Part shown: positions 37,290 through 46,590 of the stretch, one piece after another
Position numbering within the stretch: position 1 is the first letter of the stretch
Layout: every line of letters starts with the position of its first letter
Source of the DNA: an uncultured Bacteroidota bacterium
Lineage (GTDB): Bacteria > Bacteroidota > Bacteroidia > Flavobacteriales > Flavobacteriaceae
DNA: 64,000 bases
Direction: 5' to 3'
Assembly (NCBI GenBank): GCA_902631125.1
Contig: CACOXF010000001.1
Span: forward strand, 53,052-117,051
The notes under the pieces: generated by a model
Told to the model about the DNA's origin: nothing
The model's database searches: none
The model's input: only the letters and a program-made list of their open reading frames with translations
Translations under genes and position numbers: made by a program

Positions 37290-38362
37290 ATCAAATCTCC
37301 AGAAACTTTAAGTTTTTCGGTATTGTAATGCAACTGTATTTCGTCTACTAGCTTACCGAGATCTCCATTAACAATGTTTTGTAGATCATAGAGTGTGAGG
37401 CCAATTCGATGATCGGTCACACGACCTTGAGGATAGTTATAGGTGCGTATTTTTGCAGAGCGATCACCAGAAGACACCATGGCATTTCGCTTGGCTGAAT
37501 CTTCTTCTAACTTTTTACTTAGCTCGAGTTCATACAAACGAGATCGAAGAACTTTTAGAGCTTTTTCTTTGTTTTTATGTTGCGATTTTTGATCTTGACA
37601 TTGGGCTACTATCCCAGTTGGAAGATGGGTAAGGCGCACTGCCGAATAGGTCGTATTGACCGACTGCCCTCCTGGTCCAGATGAACAAAACAAGTCAAGT
37701 CGTACCTCATTCATATCAATTTCAACATCAAACTCCTCTGCTTCTGGCAAAACCATAACTGTGGCAGCAGAAGTATGAACACGACCTTGGGTTTCGGTTT
37801 GGGGAACACGTTGTACACGATGAACACCAGACTCAAATTTCAAGGTTCCATAAACTTCTGTCCCCGACACTTCGATTATGATTTCTTTGAATCCACCTGA
37901 TGTGCCTTCACTGAGATCAACAACACTGACTTTCCACCCCTTCCTCTCGCAGTATTTGGTATACATACGATACAGGTCACCAGCAAAAATGGAAGCTTCA
38001 TCGCCACCGGTACCCGCACGAAGTTCCATCACGACATTTTTGGCATCCTCAGGGTCTTTAGGAATTAGCATAAAGCGAATGGTTTCTTCTAGCGCAGGAA
38101 GTTTGGATTTGACTTCTTCCAACTCTTCTTTAGCCATATCAGACATTTCTGGGTCTGAGCCGTCAGAAATGATTTCTTCAGCTTCTTTTAGTCGCTGGCT
38201 CAGCTTGAGGTAATCCTTTCGCTTTTCAATTAGGGCACTTAGATCCTTGTATTCACGATTGAGCTCAATGTATCGCTTTTGATCAGCAATGACCTCGGGC
38301 TGGATAATCAGGTCCGAGACTTCGTCGAATCGTTGTTTCACTATGGCCAATCGCTCAATCAT
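37286..38362 (-). CDS. prfA: peptide chain release factor 1
   Basis: GGQ motif ([12 protein letters not shown]) and a PxT-type recognition region (..[13 protein letters not shown]..). 358 aa. Confidence 0.96.
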   Translation of the reverse strand: MIERLAIVKQRFDEVSDLIIQPEVIADQKRYIELNREYKDLSALIEKRKDYLKLSQRLKEAEEIISDGSDPEMSDMAKEELEEVKSKLPALEETIRFMLIPKDPEDAKNVVMELRAGTGGDEASIFAGDLYRMYTKYCERKGWKVSVVDLSEGTSGGFKEIIIEVSGTEVYGTLKFESGVHRVQRVPQTETQGRVHTSAATVMVLPEAEEFDVEIDMNEVRLDLFCSSGPGGQSVNTTYSAVRLTHLPTGIVAQCQDQKSQHKNKEKALKVLRSRLYELELSKKLEEDSAKRNAMVSSGDRSAKIRTYNYPQGRVTDHRIGLTLYDLQNIVNGDLGKLVDEIQLHYNTEKLKVSGDLI

Positions 38363-38463
38363 AAGGGCAAATTTACGACAAAATCAGGCAATGCATTTTC
38401 TTGGACAAACAAGATAAAAGCAGCATAAATAAGTTTCTAAAAAACAGGATTCTACACAAATAT

Positions 38464-39630
38464 TTAATACTTAAACTTTCCATAAGGAGAGGAAATCGTT
38501 AATTGTTTTTTGGTTGAATCCTCTACCCTACCAACGATCTGTGCAGCCACCCCAAAAGATTCCGAAATTGAAATCAGTGTACTGGCAACAGCTTCAGAGA
38601 CATACAGCTCCATCCGATGTCCCATGTTAAACACTTGGTACATCTCTTTCCAGTCTGTTCCAGACTGTTCTTGTATCATCTGAAACAAAGGCGGTACATC
38701 AAATAAGTTGTCCTTTATGATATGAAGCTCGTCGATAAATTGTAGAATTTTGGTTTGGGCACCACCACTGCAATGCACCATACCATGAATCTGTTGTCGA
38801 TCCACCTGGTTCAGTATCGCTTTGATAATGGGTGCATAAGTTCGAGTTGAAGATAGCACTAACTTTCCAGCATCGAGTGGGGTGTCTGTAGCCTCGGTTA
38901 ATAATTTTTGTCCAGTATACACCAAGGCCTCTGGTACATTAGGGTCATAACTTTCTGGATACTGTAGCGCGAGTATTTTCGAAAAAACGTCATGTCGTGC
39001 AGAAGTAAGGCCATTACTTCCGATACCCCCATTGTACGCATCCTCATAAGTTGCCTGACCAAAAGAGGCCAGACCAACAATAACATCACCTGCCTGAATA
39101 TTCGCATTGTCAATCACATCATCACGTTTAATACGTGCAGTCACAGTGGAATCAACAATAATCGTGCGGACCAAATCACCAACATCTGCTGTTTCTCCAC
39201 CAGTACTGTGAACCTCAACACCATGATTTGCAAGGTCTAAAATCAGTTCTTCCGTACCTTGAATAATAGCTTTAATAACCTCTCCAGGAATTTTGTTTTT
39301 GTTTCTTCCAATGGTGGAAGAAAGTAGGATATTATCAGTAACGCCAACACATAACAAGTCATCAAGATTCATGACCAGAGCATCTTGCGCAATACCTTTC
39401 CAAACAGATAAATCCCCTGTTTCTTTCCAATAAATATATGCTAAAGATGACTTTGTCCCTGCCCCATCGGCGTGCATAACCAAACAAGCCTTGGGGTCAT
39501 TAGTCAAATAATCTGGAATGATTTTACAAAAAGCCTTTGGAAATAACCCCTTGTCTATAAAAGCTATCGCCTTGTGCACATCATCTTTTGATGCAGAAAC
39601 CCCCCGTTTACTATACCGTTGGTCGTACAT
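38464..39630 (-). CDS. purM: phosphoribosylformylglycinamidine cyclo-ligase (AIR synthase), long Bacteroidota form
   Basis: PurM-family motifs (..HADGAGTK.. ..HCSGGAQTK..). 388 aa. Confidence 0.88.
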   Translation of the reverse strand: MYDQRYSKRGVSASKDDVHKAIAFIDKGLFPKAFCKIIPDYLTNDPKACLVMHADGAGTKSSLAYIYWKETGDLSVWKGIAQDALVMNLDDLLCVGVTDNILLSSTIGRNKNKIPGEVIKAIIQGTEELILDLANHGVEVHSTGGETADVGDLVRTIIVDSTVTARIKRDDVIDNANIQAGDVIVGLASFGQATYEDAYNGGIGSNGLTSARHDVFSKILALQYPESYDPNVPEALVYTGQKLLTEATDTPLDAGKLVLSSTRTYAPIIKAILNQVDRQQIHGMVHCSGGAQTKILQFIDELHIIKDNLFDVPPLFQMIQEQSGTDWKEMYQVFNMGHRMELYVSEAVASTLISISESFGVAAQIVGRVEDSTKKQLTISSPYGKFKY

Positions 39631-39665
39631 GAGCTATATTTTCCATAAATATATCCGTTTATCCA

Positions 39666-41852
39666 TTAGCGTAGAAACAGTAGCTCACGATACTTTACCA
39701 TTGACCACAATTCGTCATCGACCAAAAGCTCCAGACGATCAGAATGATAACGGATTTCATCGAAAAATGGCAATACCTCGTTGCAGTACAACTGTGCTCT
39801 TTGCTCGTTGTTCGAAATTTTATTGGCTTTTTTTCTTGCATTAATCATATCTGTCACTCCACGATTGATGTTAGCAATAAAGGAAGATATTTTCTCAATT
39901 AATTCCATTTGTTCGCTGGCGTGCTTTAAGTAATGAGACCCATAAATTTCTTTTAGCCCACGAACATTTTCAATCAGTGTGTTTTGATATTTTACAGCTG
40001 TTGGAATAATATGATTTCGTGCAATATCACCTAGTACACGACTCTCAATTTGAATCCGCATGATATATTCCTCCAATTGCACCTCATAACGAGCGCGAAC
40101 TTCAGTGGCGTTCATAACGCCCATTTCTGCAAAAAGAGAAATGGTTTTTTTGTCAATCCTGGCTCTTAATGCATCAGGAGTTTTAGGTGTGTTCGAAAGC
40201 CCTCTGCGCCTGGCTTCTTTAGCCCAATTTTCACTGTAGCCATCGCCTTCAAAAAGTATTGGTCTCAATTTTTTGATGTAATCGCGTAGTACATTAAAAA
40301 TTGCATCATCTTTTTTTAGTTTTTTGACTTTTATCAGCTTGTCAACCTCAGTTTTAAAGGATTTGAGTTGACAGGCCACAACTGTATTCAATACTATCAT
40401 CGGATTGGCACAATTGGCAGAAGAACCAACTGCGCGGAATTCAAATTTATTACCCGTAAAAGCAAACGGAGACGTTCTATTTCGATCGGTGTTATCCAAT
40501 AGTATCTCAGGAATTTTACCAACAACATTTAGCTTTAAGTCGGTTTTTTCTTTAGGTGAAAGTTTTCCCTCAGAAACATTTTCCAAATCATCCAAAACCC
40601 TGGTCAATTGATCACCAATAAAAACAGACAATATGGCTGGTGGTGCTTCATTGGCACCCAATCGATGGTCGTTGCTGGCACTCGCAACAGATGATCGTAA
40701 AAGGAATTCATAATCATAAACTGCTTTGATGGTATTGATGAAAAAAGTCAAAAATTGAAGGTTTCGCATCGGGGTTTTACCAGGGCTCAACAGGTTGACA
40801 CCTGCGTCGGTTTGCAAAGACCAGTTGTTGTGTTTACCCGAACCATTGATCCCTGCAAAGGGTTTTTCGTGGAGTAAAACCTTGAGATTGTGCTTGCTTG
40901 CGATTTTACCCATAACATCCATAAGCAAAGTATTGTGATCGACCGAGAGATTAGCCTCTTCAAAAATAGGAGCCAATTCAAATTGGTTTGGTGCCACTTC
41001 ATTGTGACGAGTTTTTACTGGAATACCGAGCAACATACATTCGTGTTCTAGCTCTCGCATAAAAGAAAGAGCACGATTTGGGATTGAACCAAAGTAGTGA
41101 TCGTCCAGTTGCTGTCCTTTAGCTGGAGCATGACCAAGCAGCGTACGACCTGCAAGCACCAGATCTGGTCGGCTTTGTGCAAGTGATTTGTCAATCAAAA
41201 AATATTCTTGCTCCCAACCGAGTGTTGCAATTACTTTTCCAACATTTTTATCAAAGTATTGCGCGATACCAGTTGCTGCGTGATCAACAGCTTGTAAGGC
41301 ACGCAGTAAAGGAGTTTTGTTATCTAACGCCTCCCCAGTGTAAGAAACAAAAACAGTTGGGATGCAAAGGGTTGTTCCGTAAATAAAGGCAGGTGAAGTC
41401 GGATCCCAAGCGGTATATCCCCGTGCTTCAAAGGTGTTGCGAATTCCTCCACTAGGAAAGCTAGAAGCATCGGGCTCTTGCTGTGCCAGCTGTGCGCCTT
41501 CAAAGTTTTCGAGGGCAATACCGTCTGAAGTGATATCAAAAAAGGCGTCATGCTTTTCTGCAGTTGCGCCTGTAAGGGGTTGAAACCAGTGGGTGTAGTG
41601 AGTTGCTTGTTTGGACAAGGCCCAATCACGCATTGATGCTGCAACATGATCTGCAACTTTACGATTGATTTGCCCGCCCTTGTCAATTGCAATACAAACT
41701 TGTTGGTATGCTTCTTTGGTTAAAAAGGCGCGCATGTTCTTTTTATCAAAGACGTTCTGCGCAAAAATTTGTGAGCGATCTTGATGAGCCAATGGCTCGA
41801 TGGGTTGGCGTTGGGACGCATGTTGGACTGATGTAAAACGAATTGTTGAAAT
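39666..41852 (-). CDS. glnA: glutamine synthetase type III
   Basis: GSIII hallmarks: ..THYTHWFQPLTGATAEKHDAF.., ..KTRHNEVAPNQFELAPIFE.., ..HRLGANEAPPAI... The 5' end is extended from the track TTG (41792) to an in-frame ATT at 41852 (see finding). The stop at 39666 is certain; the start is uncertain. Confidence 0.92.
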   Translation of the reverse strand: MSTIRFTSVQHASQRQPIEPLAHQDRSQIFAQNVFDKKNMRAFLTKEAYQQVCIAIDKGGQINRKVADHVAASMRDWALSKQATHYTHWFQPLTGATAEKHDAFFDITSDGIALENFEGAQLAQQEPDASSFPSGGIRNTFEARGYTAWDPTSPAFIYGTTLCIPTVFVSYTGEALDNKTPLLRALQAVDHAATGIAQYFDKNVGKVIATLGWEQEYFLIDKSLAQSRPDLVLAGRTLLGHAPAKGQQLDDHYFGSIPNRALSFMRELEHECMLLGIPVKTRHNEVAPNQFELAPIFEEANLSVDHNTLLMDVMGKIASKHNLKVLLHEKPFAGINGSGKHNNWSLQTDAGVNLLSPGKTPMRNLQFLTFFINTIKAVYDYEFLLRSSVASASNDHRLGANEAPPAILSVFIGDQLTRVLDDLENVSEGKLSPKEKTDLKLNVVGKIPEILLDNTDRNRTSPFAFTGNKFEFRAVGSSANCANPMIVLNTVVACQLKSFKTEVDKLIKVKKLKKDDAIFNVLRDYIKKLRPILFEGDGYSENWAKEARRRGLSNTPKTPDALRARIDKKTISLFAEMGVMNATEVRARYEVQLEEYIMRIQIESRVLGDIARNHIIPTAVKYQNTLIENVRGLKEIYGSHYLKHASEQMELIEKISSFIANINRGVTDMINARKKANKISNNEQRAQLYCNEVLPFFDEIRYHSDRLELLVDDELWSMVKYRELLFLR

Positions 41853-41868
41853 AACTCCTGATTTTAAT

Positions 41869-41876
41869 CAAAAATA
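41869..41876 (-). promoter_or_regulatory. Bacteroidota -7 promoter box (TAnnTTTG) for GSIII
   Basis: On the minus strand, TATTTTTG lies 16 nt upstream of the proposed ATT start at 41852. Confidence 0.4.
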
Positions 41877-42041
41877 AGAAATAATGCATTTTGAATGGGT
41901 CTAATTCTGAAATATTCTCAATATGATCTATAAATATTATTAAAAAATAAATTTACCCCCAAAAAAAATGGGGTGTTCATAAATTTAATGTTAATGTTTA
42001 TAGTTTATCCCTCTAACTTACATAGGGCGAATTAAAAAAAT

Positions 42042-42049
42042 TATTTTTG
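42042..42049 (+). promoter_or_regulatory. Bacteroidota -7 promoter box (TAnnTTTG) for GSII
   Basis: TATTTTTG lies 18 nt upstream of the ATG at 42068. It is the same octamer, at nearly the same spacing, as in front of the divergent GSIII gene. Confidence 0.4.
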
Positions 42050-42067
42050 TTTGGTAAATTACTATAT

Positions 42068-43075
42068 ATGAGCAAGTCTAAAATTGAATATTTATGGTTA
42101 GATGGGTACAAACCCACTGCCAACTTACGAGGAAAAACTAAAATTATTGAAAATTTCAGTGGAAAATTAGAAGACGTTCCGATGTGGGGTTTTGACGGGA
42201 GTTCTACTCAGCAAGCGATTACAGGTTCATCTGACTGTTTACTAAAACCAGTAGCCATTTTTCCCGATCCAGCTCGTAGAGACGGGTATTTGGTTATGAC
42301 AGAGGTATTAAGTCCTGATGGGTCAGCTCACGAGTCAAACGGACGTGCGATTATTGATGATGACGATGACGATTTTTGGTTTGGATTCGAACAGGAATAT
42401 TTCCTTTGGGATCCTGAAACAAATCTTCCTCTTGGTTTTCCAAAAGATCAAACACCTCAAGGTCAGTTCTATTGCTCTGTAGGTGGAAGCAATGCTTATG
42501 GTAGAGAGATTATGGAACGTCACTTGGATCTGTGTTTGGATGCAGGAATCAATATAGAGGGAACAAACGCTGAGGTTGCACCAGGACAATGGGAATATCA
42601 AACCTTTGCAAAAGGTGCTGCAAAAGCAGGAGATGAAATGTGGGTTGCACGTTACATCCTGGAGCGTTTGGCTGAAGAATATGGTTTATCAATCGACTAC
42701 CATCCAAAGCCGTTAGGTGCTACAGATTGGAATGGGTCTGGAATGCATGCAAATTTCTCAAACACGACCCTCAGAACATGTGGTTCGAAAGAAACATATG
42801 AGAAGATTTGTGAAGCTTTCCGTCCAGTTGTAAAAGAACACATTGAAGTTTATGGAGCATACAACGACCAACGATTGACAGGTGATCACGAAACACAGTC
42901 AATTACTGAGTTTAGCTATGGTGTATCTGACCGTGGAGCATCTATTCGTATCCCTATTATGACAGTTGAAAAAGGTTGGAAAGGATGGTTGGAAGACAGA
43001 AGGCCAGCTTCAAACGGAGATCCTTACAAAATTGCAGCAAGAATTATCAAAACAGTTAAGTCTGCAAAAGTTTAG
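42068..43075 (+). CDS. glnA: glutamine synthetase type II (eukaryote-like short GS)
   Basis: From ATG 42068 (MSKSKIEYLWLDG..). ..GFEQEYFL.., ..NAEVAPGQWEYQ.., ..GSGMHANFS... The track start 42047 is TTG. Confidence 0.88.
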   Translation: MSKSKIEYLWLDGYKPTANLRGKTKIIENFSGKLEDVPMWGFDGSSTQQAITGSSDCLLKPVAIFPDPARRDGYLVMTEVLSPDGSAHESNGRAIIDDDDDDFWFGFEQEYFLWDPETNLPLGFPKDQTPQGQFYCSVGGSNAYGREIMERHLDLCLDAGINIEGTNAEVAPGQWEYQTFAKGAAKAGDEMWVARYILERLAEEYGLSIDYHPKPLGATDWNGSGMHANFSNTTLRTCGSKETYEKICEAFRPVVKEHIEVYGAYNDQRLTGDHETQSITEFSYGVSDRGASIRIPIMTVEKGWKGWLEDRRPASNGDPYKIAARIIKTVKSAKV

Positions 43076-43097
43076 TTTTTATTGACGAACCAAAATG

Positions 43098-43126
43098 AAA
43101 AAGCACCTAAATTTAGGTGCTTTTTT
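43098..43126. terminator. bidirectional Rho-independent terminator between GSII and the antiporter gene
   Basis: Palindrome AAAAAGCACCTAAATTTAGGTGCTTTTTT, with A- and T-runs on either side, lies between two convergent genes. Confidence 0.8.
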
Positions 43127-44063
43127 AATTTAGTGTTGTTGTTATAAATAAGAAATAAACTGCAAGCAACATAAGACCATCACGCCAATGCATTTCCATT
43201 CTTTTTGGCATAAACACCAACGGAATTAACAACGCAGCAATTCCAATCATCACATAGATATCAAAACTGAGCAGAGTATTATCGGCCACAGTCAGTGGAT
43301 GAATGAGAGATGTAATACCAACAATAGCAAGAATATTGAATAAGTTTGAGCCCAGAAGGTTACCAATGGAAATTACATTTTCTTTCTTTGAAATAGCTAC
43401 CAAAGAAGCTGCGAGCTCAGGGATACTCGTACCGACAGAAACGACAGTTATGGCAATGATTCTTTCACTTACACCTAGCTGACTGGCAACTTCAACTGCA
43501 CCATTGACTAGCAATTCGGAGCCAAAAGTTAAAAATATAGATCCAAATGCAACTAGTAGTCCTATTTTTGGCCACGATATTAGAGTATTTAAATCATCAG
43601 AAGCAATAAAATCTGACTTGTCCTTTAAGCGCAACAAATACACTAACATAAGAATAAGCAGCAGGACAAGTACAGATCCCTCTATGGCAGTAATTGATCC
43701 ATTTTGAATGAAAATCCAAAAAATTATGGATGCAATAAACATCATTGGCCAATCAGATTGGTAAAAACTCTTACTCACCTCGATTCTGGTAAAAAGCAAC
43801 ACAACACCGAGAACCAGTCCAAAGTTCGCAATGTTAGAACCCACAACATTTCCTAATGCCAAGTCTGGGTAGCCCTCCAAAGCAGATCGAATACTTACAA
43901 TTAACTCGGGAAGAGATGTTGCAAAAGACACGACAGTCATCCCAATAACAATTTTTGGAATTTTAAACTTATTAGATGCTGCAACTGCTGAACGCAATAT
44001 TAAATCCCCTCCAGAAATTAGAGCAATAAGGCCACCTACAATTTTTAAAATCTCAATTAACAT
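43125..44063 (-). CDS. Ca2+/Na+ antiporter (CaCA / YrbG family)
   Basis: 312 aa, about 10 TM segments. Two alpha-repeat motifs: GNVVGSNIANFGL and GNLLGSNLFNILA. Confidence 0.85.
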   Translation of the reverse strand: MLIEILKIVGGLIALISGGDLILRSAVAASNKFKIPKIVIGMTVVSFATSLPELIVSIRSALEGYPDLALGNVVGSNIANFGLVLGVVLLFTRIEVSKSFYQSDWPMMFIASIIFWIFIQNGSITAIEGSVLVLLLILMLVYLLRLKDKSDFIASDDLNTLISWPKIGLLVAFGSIFLTFGSELLVNGAVEVASQLGVSERIIAITVVSVGTSIPELAASLVAISKKENVISIGNLLGSNLFNILAIVGITSLIHPLTVADNTLLSFDIYVMIGIAALLIPLVFMPKRMEMHWRDGLMLLAVYFLFITTTLN

Positions 44064-44358
44064 CTCACTAAGATAAAGTAAGATAATTTTGTATTTTTAT
44101 TTTATGAAAAATTTTTTTAAAATAATTGCAAAATTTAATAGATTAATATTCCCAAGTTTTTCAAAAATGGGAATTAAATTATCAAACGCCTCGCAAATTC
44201 AATTAATTATTTTAAGCTGGAGAGCTTACATCACAAAACGTGCCTTATAAATAAATCATAAAAACAAATTTGAATCTAATTATATTGGCACCCCCTAAGA
44301 CAATTACCTCAAAGAAATAAGTTGAATAAACAGAAAAAAAAGTTTCTTCATCGTATTG

Positions 44359-44376
44359 TTTTTAGTGGTACTAATT
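44359..44376. repeat. left arm of perfect 18-bp inverted repeat (TTTTTAGTGGTACTAATT)
   Basis: Exact reverse complement of 44710-44727. The arms are 333 bp apart and enclose the tRNA gene. Confidence 0.95.
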
Positions 44377-44507
44377 TAAAAAAAATCAATAAGTTTGCCA
44401 CCTCGTTGTACTCATATAAAATGAGTGATTGTATAACATGTTTTACACGAAGTTGTACACATACAAAAAAATAAGAGCGCAACGAGGGCATTTTTAAAGA
44501 ATATACC

Positions 44508-44581
44508 GGCCTCGTGGCGCAACTGAATAGCGCATCTGATTACGGCTCAGAAGGTTGCAGGTTTGAATCCTGCCGAGGTCA
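44508..44581 (+). tRNA. tRNA-Arg (anticodon ACG)
   Basis: Hand-folded cloverleaf. Acceptor GGCCUCG/CGAGGUC (one G-U pair), D-stem GCGC/GCGC, anticodon stem UCUGA/UCAGA, loop UUACGGC, 5-nt variable loop, T-stem GCAGG/CCUGC. 74 nt; no encoded CCA. Confidence 0.8.
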
Positions 44582-44588
44582 CAGCTTA

Positions 44589-44621
44589 AGAGGGCAAGAA
44601 TTTATCTTGCTCTTTTCTTTT
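44589..44621 (+). terminator. probable terminator after the tRNA
   Basis: Hairpin AGAG(GG)CAAG-aatttat-CTTGCTCT with a 2-nt bulge, followed by a T-rich run. Confidence 0.5.
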
Positions 44622-44709
44622 CTATAAACTTCGATGTAAACTACATTGGTGGTCTTACCGCCTCTTTACGTATTCTAAACACACTATTTTTAGTATACAT
44701 TTTTCCTTT

Positions 44710-44727
44710 AATTAGTACCACTAAAAA
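44710..44727. repeat. right arm of perfect 18-bp inverted repeat (AATTAGTACCACTAAAAA)
   Basis: Exact reverse complement of 44359-44376. A further GTACCACTA half-copy follows at about 44739-44747. Confidence 0.95.
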
Positions 44728-44904
44728 AATATGGAAATGTACCACTATAACCTACTTGAGAGGTTTAGAAATAGCAGAACTTGAGGAAAGTGATATGCTG
44801 ATGATTTTGTAATTTTAAGCAAAACATAATACGATGAAAAAAATCAGTTTACTTTTAACATTAATTGTGGGGATTTGTTTAAACTCATTTTTAATAGTTT
44901 AATG

Positions 44905-46572
44905 CTAGTTGTATCCTTCGTTCTGAACTAATTTAGAGTTTATTTGTAGTTCTGACGTAGGAATTGGCCATCTAATCTCATTAGGATTATATTGTGGCTG
45001 TGGATTACCACTGTTTGACCAAATGGGTTGAGATGAGTTAATTGCCTCATAATAAACCCCATTACGAATAAGATCATTTCTTCTCCACCCTTCAAAACAC
45101 AGTTCTTTTCTCCGTTCGCTTAAGATTTCATCTTTATTGTGTTGTTGAGTCCCAACAACTAAATCTGTTGCTACTCCATTTTTGACTTCACCAGGCCAAA
45201 CACGTGCGCGAGCCCTTAATAAGTTGATAGTCATATCTGCATCAGCCTGTGTGAGTTTGTTTTGACCGTTTAAGGCCTCTGCATACATCAATAAAACATC
45301 AGCATAACGAATATATATTTCATCCACTGGGGTATCACTTCCCCAATCACTTGGACGAATATTATGCCATTTCCATGGCTTCCATGCTCCTTTTCCTAAT
45401 CTCCTTGCTTGACCGTACGTAGTTTGCCCTCTATCTCCAAACATGCCGTCCTCTGGCCAGTTGTTTATCCACTGTGACTGATTAACATTGGATTTTGCTA
45501 TGTTGTTTCTGGATCGAATGTCAAGGTCTTCGTATGGTTGTGCAAAAGCATGATTGTTTCTAGGTAGTCCACCCTTTCCATTAGATGAAGTCCAATTGCC
45601 AGTGTTTCCCGGTCCAGTAACCGGGCCTGCTAACTCCCAATTTACATACCACATATTTCCATTAGCTGAACCATTTGAAACCGATCCTAGCGGGCCATAC
45701 AGCGTACCCACTGCACTTCCTTGACCTATTCCAGGTCCATCAAAGCCAAAAGAAAAAATGATTTCTTCATTTTGCTCATGGTCGACTTTAAAAATATTGG
45801 GATAATAGTCAACTAAATCATAGACTCCGCTATCAATAACTCCTTTTAGTTCAGTTTCAGCTTTTGCAAAATAACTTACATCATTTATTGGGTAACCTGT
45901 CATCTGAAGGTAGATACGACCTAGAACAGCTTGTGCTGCTCCCTTTGTAACACGTCCTCCGCCTTGATTTGCATCTAAATTATCTTTAGCGAAAAGTAAA
46001 TCGTCTTCTATGAATTTATAAACTTCTAAAGGTGTTGACTGCGGGACTTCCAGATTTTCCAAAGAGGTTGTTTCATTTTTTATCAGAGGAATATTCTCCC
46101 ATGAACTAACTAAAGCAAAATTGATAATTGCTCTTAAGAAACGTGCTTGAGCTACAAGCTTATTTTTATCATCAACATCTATTTGATCCTCTGACATACC
46201 ACCTACTCTGTCAATAACGCTGTTGACTTTATTAAGATTGATATACATATTCTCCCAAATATCCCGTATTATGATGTCTGAGGGCGATACAGTATGAAGA
46301 TATATGGGTTTAAACTTACTCCATCCAGGAGATACAATTTCATCAACAGCCATAACACCCCAAATATTTAACCAGCCTGTTTGGAAGTTTGACATCAATG
46401 CGTTCCTTGCTGCATCATATGCACCAACAGTATAAATTTCAGCACCATCCTTGTCAGTTAACAGCAAGGATGGATCTATAATACTTGTTGGACTTTCTTG
46501 TAGAAAGTCTTCTTGGCAACCTAAAAAAAGTAATCCAAGTATAAAATATCTTACTGTTTTAATATTTTTCAT
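44905..46572 (-). CDS. susD: SusD/RagB-family nutrient-binding outer-membrane lipoprotein
   Basis: 555 aa with lipobox ..LLFLGCQ. TPR-like SusD pattern (..RFLRA.., ..YADVLLMYAEALN.., ..ERRKELCFEGWR..). Directly downstream of susC. Confidence 0.9.
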   Translation of the reverse strand: MKNIKTVRYFILGLLFLGCQEDFLQESPTSIIDPSLLLTDKDGAEIYTVGAYDAARNALMSNFQTGWLNIWGVMAVDEIVSPGWSKFKPIYLHTVSPSDIIIRDIWENMYINLNKVNSVIDRVGGMSEDQIDVDDKNKLVAQARFLRAIINFALVSSWENIPLIKNETTSLENLEVPQSTPLEVYKFIEDDLLFAKDNLDANQGGGRVTKGAAQAVLGRIYLQMTGYPINDVSYFAKAETELKGVIDSGVYDLVDYYPNIFKVDHEQNEEIIFSFGFDGPGIGQGSAVGTLYGPLGSVSNGSANGNMWYVNWELAGPVTGPGNTGNWTSSNGKGGLPRNNHAFAQPYEDLDIRSRNNIAKSNVNQSQWINNWPEDGMFGDRGQTTYGQARRLGKGAWKPWKWHNIRPSDWGSDTPVDEIYIRYADVLLMYAEALNGQNKLTQADADMTINLLRARARVWPGEVKNGVATDLVVGTQQHNKDEILSERRKELCFEGWRRNDLIRNGVYYEAINSSQPIWSNSGNPQPQYNPNEIRWPIPTSELQINSKLVQNEGYN

Positions 46573-46590
46573 TTTGTTAAAATTTATAAA

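Noticed and set aside
44104-44250. 48-codon basic ORF (MKNFFKIIAKFNRLIFPSFSKMGIKLSNASQIQLIILSWRAYITKRAL) upstream of the tRNA
   Set aside because: It might be a real small protein, but I cannot place it in a family, and the AT-rich context makes it unreliable. Not called.
44477-44520. 5' leader segment GCGCAACGAGGGC complementary (11/13) to the first 13 nt of the tRNA, plus a CCTCGTTG 8-mer at 44401
   Set aside because: My back-of-envelope estimate gives about one such imperfect match by chance in a 450-bp region. It is not significant on its own, unlike the 18-bp perfect repeat.
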